This document shows positions 58,150 to 64,000 of a DNA stretch of 64,000 nt, piece by piece; the stretch's first letter is position 1; every line of letters begins with the position of its first letter. The notes beneath the pieces were generated by a model. That model was not told the DNA's origin. It worked only from the letters and a program-made list of their open reading frames with translations, and did no database searches. A program made the translations under genes and the position numbers. Origin of the DNA: Cyanobacteria bacterium P01_A01_bin.123 (GTDB lineage: Bacteria > Cyanobacteriota > Cyanobacteriia > Phormidesmidales > Phormidesmidaceae); contig JBCBZT010000021.1 in NCBI GenBank assembly GCA_039815185.1, forward strand, positions 32,001 through 96,000, in the 5' to 3' direction.

Positions 58150-59115
58150 ATGACCTTCGACCAAACCACTCGTCTTCGCTCAGATTTACTTGGAACCCCG
58201 GTTATTACCCGCAATGGGGCCAAGCGCCTGGGTGTGGTGAGTCAAATGTGGGTGGATGTGGATCGCGAAGAAGTGGTGGCCTTGGGACTACGAGAAAATG
58301 TCCTCTCAGGAGTGCTCTCCAGCGATCAGCAGATTATGTTGCTGAGCAGCATCCGTGAGATTGGTGACGTCATCTTGGTAGATGACGATATGGCCATTGA
58401 AGACGATGTGAATGTAGCTGCCTACAGTAACTTGATCAGTTGCGAAGTCATCACCGAGTCGGGTGAGACCCTGGGCCGCGTCAGAGGCTTCAAGTTTGAT
58501 GTGATCACGGGCAAGATTGAATCTTTAGTGATTGCTTCTTTGGGGCTGCCGCAAATCCCTGATCAGGTTGTTAGCACCTATGAGTTACCCATTGAAGAGA
58601 TTGCTAGCCACGGCCCCGATCGCCTGATTGTATTTGAAGGTGCTGAAGAGAAACTGGTGCAGCTCTCGGTCGGCATTATGGAGCGCTTGGGCATCGGCAG
58701 TCCGCCGTGGGAGCGAGACGATGCAGACAACTACATCATGCCGGTATCGACTTCAAATCAGCTACCGTCTGGATTACAACAGCCGGTTCAAGAGCCTCTA
58801 CGCGATCGCGCCCCATCTGTCCAGCAGCCCATTCAAGAGCGTTGGAGTGATGATGACTGGGGCGAACCAGAACCTCTCCCCATCCAAGAACCGATACAGC
58901 CGCAGCGGGCTGAGCTCGCTTACCCAGAAGAGACAGACAACTGGAGTGAGGCGCCAAGTCAACCTGCCTATGCAGACTATGGCAATGATGCAGATATCGA
59001 CCCAAGTGATGACCCCTGGACGGATGATGAGGATCCAAAACCTTACCAGGCACAACCCGTCAATATTCCTCAGAAGAAGAAAGTCACAGAGTACGAGGAA
59101 GAGCTGGATTACTAG
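58150..59115 (+). CDS. PRC-barrel domain protein with acidic tail
   Basis: Two PRC-barrel repeats (GTPVITR..KRLG; EVITESGETLGRV). Confidence 0.88.
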   Translation: MTFDQTTRLRSDLLGTPVITRNGAKRLGVVSQMWVDVDREEVVALGLRENVLSGVLSSDQQIMLLSSIREIGDVILVDDDMAIEDDVNVAAYSNLISCEVITESGETLGRVRGFKFDVITGKIESLVIASLGLPQIPDQVVSTYELPIEEIASHGPDRLIVFEGAEEKLVQLSVGIMERLGIGSPPWERDDADNYIMPVSTSNQLPSGLQQPVQEPLRDRAPSVQQPIQERWSDDDWGEPEPLPIQEPIQPQRAELAYPEETDNWSEAPSQPAYADYGNDADIDPSDDPWTDDEDPKPYQAQPVNIPQKKKVTEYEEELDY

Positions 59116-59124
59116 AGACTCCAA

Positions 59125-59511
59125 ATGCTCGAATTCATTACCCTTCCAAACGAACTTCCCCCCGTTGCCCCCTATTCCCACGCGGTTCGGGCGGGAGATT
59201 TTTTGTTTGTGACTGGGCAGTTGGCAGAAGACCCCACAACTGGCGAAGTTGTCAAAGGGCCAATCGAAGCCCAAACTCGCCAGGTGATGGAAAATCTGAA
59301 GCGGGTACTGACCCATGCCGGGACTGGGTTTGACAAGGTCGTCATGGTCAGGATTTTTGTCACCGACTTTCGCTATTACGAAACCGTCAATGAAATCTAT
59401 GCATCGTATTTTGAACAGAATCGTTTGCCTGGACGCACAACCGTTGGCGTCATGGGGCTAGCAGGTTTCGGTGATGTGGAAATTGATTTGATCGTGTACT
59501 GCGGAGAATAA
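59125..59511 (+). CDS. RidA/YjgF family protein
   Basis: PYSHAV, FVTGQL, NEIYASYF, PGRTTV and VEID. Confidence 0.92.
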   Translation: MLEFITLPNELPPVAPYSHAVRAGDFLFVTGQLAEDPTTGEVVKGPIEAQTRQVMENLKRVLTHAGTGFDKVVMVRIFVTDFRYYETVNEIYASYFEQNRLPGRTTVGVMGLAGFGDVEIDLIVYCGE

Positions 59512-59566
59512 GCTTTAAGCGCCGTATCACGCCGCTTTACACCCGGAATGCGTAGTGAGGATATTG

Positions 59567-62500
59567 CTACATCTCCCGCCATGCACTGGTTGCGATCGCG
59601 GCTTTAATTTTTTGATGACAGCGATCGCGATGTTGCACTGCCACCAAATCACCAGGGAGCGCCTGTACACAAGCCTCAAATCCCTTTAAAGCAGCCCCAT
59701 ATTCCCCCAAATTGAACTGGGTCAGTGCCGTTTCAAACGTAGTTTTGAGCTGCCGCTTTTGCTCTCGAATTGCCACCGGATCAGCATCAAATATTTCAAA
59801 GATTGATACCGGCTCAGATTTGCCTTTTACACACACCCGGTCAATCAGACGGTACGCATAAACATCAGGATCTTTTAGGCGCATCAAAGTTTCATGGGAG
59901 ATTAGCAGCGGCACACCATAGTGCTTGGTCAATTTTTCAATGCGAGCGGCCAGATTAACCGTATCGCTGATCACCGTGCTATCCATGTGAGATGGGCCAC
60001 CGACGGTACCAAGCATCATCAGGCCAGAATTGATGCCAATGCCATTGCTCACTGGGGAATAGCCGTTTACCGCGCGATCGCGATTGTAAGCCTGGAGGTT
60101 TTTCAGCATGGCGATCGCGCTCCGCACGGCATCATCAGCATCCCCTGGAAACAGCGCCATAATGGCATCACCAACATACTTGTCGATGAAGCCACCATTC
60201 TCCACAATGGCGGGTTCCATGCAAGACAAATAAGTATTAATGAACTTGAAATTTGCAGCCGGGGTCATTTGCTCTGACAAGGCGGTAAAGTTGCGAATAT
60301 CGGCAAACAACACCGACATATCTTGCTGGGTCTGATCTCCCAAGCGCACATCCACGATGCTTTCTTTCTCAAGCAGCTGCAAAAATTCGTGGGGGACAAA
60401 GCGGCTGTAGGCAATGTTGAGTTGGGAGAGCCGCAGATGCGTCTTGATGCGGGCCAACAGCTCATTCTTGGCAATCGGTTTTGCCAGATAGTCGTTAGCC
60501 CCTGTTTCTAAACCTTGAATCAAATCTGTCACCTGGTTCTTTGCCGTCAGCATTAGAATTGGCAATTCGTTGGCAGAGAACCGCTCTCGCAGTTTGTGTG
60601 TCACTTCGTAGCCCGTCATGTTGGGCATCATCACATCTAACAAAATCAAGTCGGGTTGAAACCCTTGCTTAATGACGCGAAATACATCTTCACCGCTGGC
60701 AGCCTGCGCGATCGCGTAATTCTCTAGCGACAAATGATTGCGTAAGACCTGCAAATTCACAGGCTCATCATCCACAATCAAAATCTTGAACCGTCGATTG
60801 AGCTCTGCCGACTCCGCTACGACAGCCGGACTCAAGGCCCCATTTGAGTCCGGTGAACCGACAACCAACTGCTCTAAAGCGGGAAGATAAAGCGGCTCGG
60901 GCGTCGCCGGGATATCTACAGCAGCCAGTTCTGCGGGTGTGGCTAATGGCAGCGTGAAATGAAACTGTGAACCCGTGTCAACGCTAGACTCGACCCAAAT
61001 GTTGCCGCCGTGGAGTTCAACCAATTGTTTGGTAATCGTAAGCCCGAGGCCAGTGCCACCATATTGTCGTGCCACCGAACCATCCGCTTGTTCGAAGGAT
61101 TCAAAAATCCGCTCTCGCTTGTCTAACGGGATGCCCACGCCGGTATCTGAGACAGTAATGATGATTTTTTTTTCGGGCTGATCCGGCAACGGAGACGCTG
61201 TCACCGCTATCTTGCCCACCGCCGTGAACTTAACGGCATTACCAATCAGGTTATGCAGAATCTGCTGCAAGCGATTTTCGTCAGCTTGCACTAGGGGCAA
61301 CTCAGCCGGAATCTCATTCACCAATTGCAGTTGTTTATGGCCGATCAGCCCCGTACTCAAGGCCAACACCATATCTGCTAATCCTCTCAGGTGAATTGGC
61401 TTCTGTCGCAAGGTCAGGTTGTGGGCTCGCAGCGTTGAGAAATCTAGGATGTCGTTAATGAGGTTGGAGAGACGACGCCCACTGCCTACGATCAGTGCAA
61501 GGTTGTCTTGGGTGGCTTTGGACAATGATCCTGTCACGCCCCCGATTAATGACTCGGCAATGCCGATGATGCCATTCAGCGGGGTGCGCAACTCATGGGA
61601 CGTATTGGCTAAGAATTCATTCTTCAGGCGATCGAGCTGTTTGAGTTCAGCATTGGCCTGGGCGAGTTCCTGGGTGCGAGTTGCCACCGTCACTTCCAAC
61701 TCGGTGTTAAACGTTTCAAGTTGGTTCGCATAGCCTTCAAGGGCGTCCATCACCTGGTTATAACGGGTAGCAATGTGCCCCACTTCCGTAAACGGATCGA
61801 CCGGAGCCCGTAAACTAAAATCTTTGCGCTGAGAATGCTCATCCATAATTTGGAGCAATTCATAGGCGTCCGTTTTAGCCTTGTGTTCGGCGTAGTTGAG
61901 CCCTATATCTTCGGCTTCGGCCGAGACCCGCAGGGGAAACCGGGAGTTAATGCCCCATAACAGCAGATAGGCCACCCCAAAGGCCCAAACAAAACACACA
62001 CTAATACCCAGCAACTGAACCAGCAGCTGACTGAAACGATTGAGCCCAGTATGTAGCAGATCACTTTGGCCAAACAGGGCAACGGCCAACGTCCCCCAGA
62101 CGCCGCTGCCGCCGTGTACTGCGATCGCATCTACAGCATCATCGATACGGTAGTGCTCCAAAATGCGGATGGTAGTGTGAGCCACAAGACCAGCAACTGC
62201 CCCAATCAAGACCGCAGCAGAGGTACTCACAACATGGCTAGAGGCTGTAATCGCAACTAAACCGGCAATTGAACCATTGATTAAACTTTCGGGCTGGGCA
62301 ACGCCTGTGTAAAACCAGTTGATAACCGTTAGGGTGAGCATGCCAGCGACGCCAGACATGACTGTATTTACCATGATGCCAGCGATTTGGTCATTGAAGG
62401 CCAGCGTACTGCCACCGTTAAAGCCTAACCAGCCGAACCACAACAACATGGCCCCGAGTACTGACATGGGTAAGTTAGAGCCATGAATTTTATGGACTTG

Positions 62501-63064
62501 CCCATCGGGTGTGAATCGCCCTATGCGTGGCCCGATGACTAGCAGGGCAGCGAGAGCTACCCACGCTCCCACGCTGTGCACCACGGTAGCACCTGAAAAA
62601 TCCACAAATCCAAGCTGGCGCAACCAGCCAATCGCCTCCCCAGTGGCAATGCCATTCCAAGCCCAATGACCAAATATGGGATAAACAATGCCCGAGACAA
62701 GGACGGCAATAATGCCATAGGCCGCAAACTGCAATCGTTCAGCCACTGCGCCCGATACGATTGTGGTGGCAGTGCTGCAAAACATCGCCTGAAATAGGAA
62801 AAACGCTGCCACCCGAGGGGCATTGGGCTCCACTTGGAAGAGAAAGTGATCAAGTCCTAGCCAGCCCCAAAATGAGGAGCCAAACATCAGCCCAAAGCTA
62901 AAACCCCAAAAAAGAAAGCCAGAAATCCCAAAGTCGGCCAGGTTTTTGACTGCAACATTAATGCTGTTTTTCGTACGAGTCAAACCAGACTCTAAACACA
63001 TAAAGCCGGGCTGCATTAAAAAGACGAGCCCCGAACAGATTAATATCCAGCCAACATCATTCAT
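59567..63064 (-). CDS. Ammonium transporter fused to histidine kinase, receiver and class III adenylate cyclase domains
   Basis: Amt: FLMQPGF..LESG, SGAVAER, DFSG..VVH, WFGW.GFNGGS, DDAVDAIAVH. Kinase: SHELRTPL, NAVKF, GGTGLGL. Receiver: VDDE, LLDVMMP. Cyclase: FADIRNFT, DKYVGD, VNLAARIE. Confidence 0.93.
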   Translation of the reverse strand: MNDVGWILICSGLVFLMQPGFMCLESGLTRTKNSINVAVKNLADFGISGFLFWGFSFGLMFGSSFWGWLGLDHFLFQVEPNAPRVAAFFLFQAMFCSTATTIVSGAVAERLQFAAYGIIAVLVSGIVYPIFGHWAWNGIATGEAIGWLRQLGFVDFSGATVVHSVGAWVALAALLVIGPRIGRFTPDGQVHKIHGSNLPMSVLGAMLLWFGWLGFNGGSTLAFNDQIAGIMVNTVMSGVAGMLTLTVINWFYTGVAQPESLINGSIAGLVAITASSHVVSTSAAVLIGAVAGLVAHTTIRILEHYRIDDAVDAIAVHGGSGVWGTLAVALFGQSDLLHTGLNRFSQLLVQLLGISVCFVWAFGVAYLLLWGINSRFPLRVSAEAEDIGLNYAEHKAKTDAYELLQIMDEHSQRKDFSLRAPVDPFTEVGHIATRYNQVMDALEGYANQLETFNTELEVTVATRTQELAQANAELKQLDRLKNEFLANTSHELRTPLNGIIGIAESLIGGVTGSLSKATQDNLALIVGSGRRLSNLINDILDFSTLRAHNLTLRQKPIHLRGLADMVLALSTGLIGHKQLQLVNEIPAELPLVQADENRLQQILHNLIGNAVKFTAVGKIAVTASPLPDQPEKKIIITVSDTGVGIPLDKRERIFESFEQADGSVARQYGGTGLGLTITKQLVELHGGNIWVESSVDTGSQFHFTLPLATPAELAAVDIPATPEPLYLPALEQLVVGSPDSNGALSPAVVAESAELNRRFKILIVDDEPVNLQVLRNHLSLENYAIAQAASGEDVFRVIKQGFQPDLILLDVMMPNMTGYEVTHKLRERFSANELPILMLTAKNQVTDLIQGLETGANDYLAKPIAKNELLARIKTHLRLSQLNIAYSRFVPHEFLQLLEKESIVDVRLGDQTQQDMSVLFADIRNFTALSEQMTPAANFKFINTYLSCMEPAIVENGGFIDKYVGDAIMALFPGDADDAVRSAIAMLKNLQAYNRDRAVNGYSPVSNGIGINSGLMMLGTVGGPSHMDSTVISDTVNLAARIEKLTKHYGVPLLISHETLMRLKDPDVYAYRLIDRVCVKGKSEPVSIFEIFDADPVAIREQKRQLKTTFETALTQFNLGEYGAALKGFEACVQALPGDLVAVQHRDRCHQKIKAAIATSAWREM

Positions 63065-64000
63065 AAACCCGATCCCAATAATGAGTTAGAGGTGGTTTAA
63101 GGAGGGTTCCTAGCGATAAGGTTTGTGGCTAAGGCTCAAACAAAAGACACCACGTGAATTGAGTTAGGCCACTTTTATACAAACTTAAGTTCCTGATACG
63201 GTGCTTCGCATCCCTCTTCAGGAAAAACGCTTTAGCATTACATGACTTGAGGTTATTTTGATCAATGCATGATGGCTAAACCGAATTTGGAGATGACGAC
63301 ATCTGTATCACTCTTGTTATGAACTGAACCAAAATCGTTTGGAGGACAAGCGTTGTGAAGATCTAACCTGGAGGTACAGCTAAGTTTAACTATCGCTATT
63401 ATTCTCTAGATCCAGATAATTTACCAAGGGCCAAAATGCTGATTATTAGGCTATTTTAAGCTGATAAAGATAGATTTGAATCAATACTTTTAATTTGACG
63501 TAGAAATGGATATCAATCAGATTAACCCATCAAGCGCTGCCAGCAGTAATCTCAAGACGCATAGCGCTGTGATGTTAATCACGCAGAGATCTATCCTTAA
63601 TCTCTTCTTATTAAGAATAGAAAGCCTCTTGACGGTAGTCAGCAGGTCGCCAGTTATCCAGTCAGCTATAGGGGGAACAGACTCAACTCAACCTGTAGAC
63701 CTATAAATGCTGGCAACAGTTCAGAGGGTAGATTAATCGCCACAGAATTCGATGCAGTTGTGTCCCCCATTGCTATTTTCACAGAGGGATTTCACGATAG
63801 TGGGTGCCTTAAGGAACACAGCCGAAACCACAAATTTCCCAGAAGAGGTTTGTGATGCGCGAATAGTGCATGGATGGGGCCATTTCTTGGCTAGAAACAG
63901 GATGTATTTGTATGTTGCGCGTAGTGCGGACTCCTTTCCATCTAAGGATAGAAACTGCGATCGCGCTGTGTAGCTACATTTTCGTATAAAATATCACTAT

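Noticed and set aside
63186..63199. NtcA box upstream of the Amt fusion
   Set aside because: It reads TAA-N8-TAC, so only one half-site matches.

Overview
Chromosomal window from a cyanobacterium: the HIP1 octamer GCGATCGC is dense and several gene families are cyanobacterial. Housekeeping genes include dnaK (partial), codA, cobM, prlC, cobQ, a cyclophilin, map, ftsE, nadK, yqgF and smc. The main accessory locus is a minus-strand guanidine-utilisation operon: an NtcA-type box and guanidine-I riboswitch, then gdmH, hypA-like ghaA, an extra glutamine-synthetase-like (GmaS/GlnT-type) ligase, hypB-like ghaB, an ABC transporter and an extra MetX-like alpha/beta hydrolase. An AT-rich type II restriction-modification cassette splits the transporter genes. 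Other notable items are a single-polypeptide Amt/histidine kinase/receiver/adenylate cyclase sensor, an uncharacterised four-gene module (38.7-41.3 kb) bracketed by two paralogous small proteins, a candidate sRNA divergent from cobM, a decayed VapC toxin and several palindromes and repeats. I saw no tRNA, rRNA or CRISPR array. All family calls come from motif recognition by eye; no database search was run.
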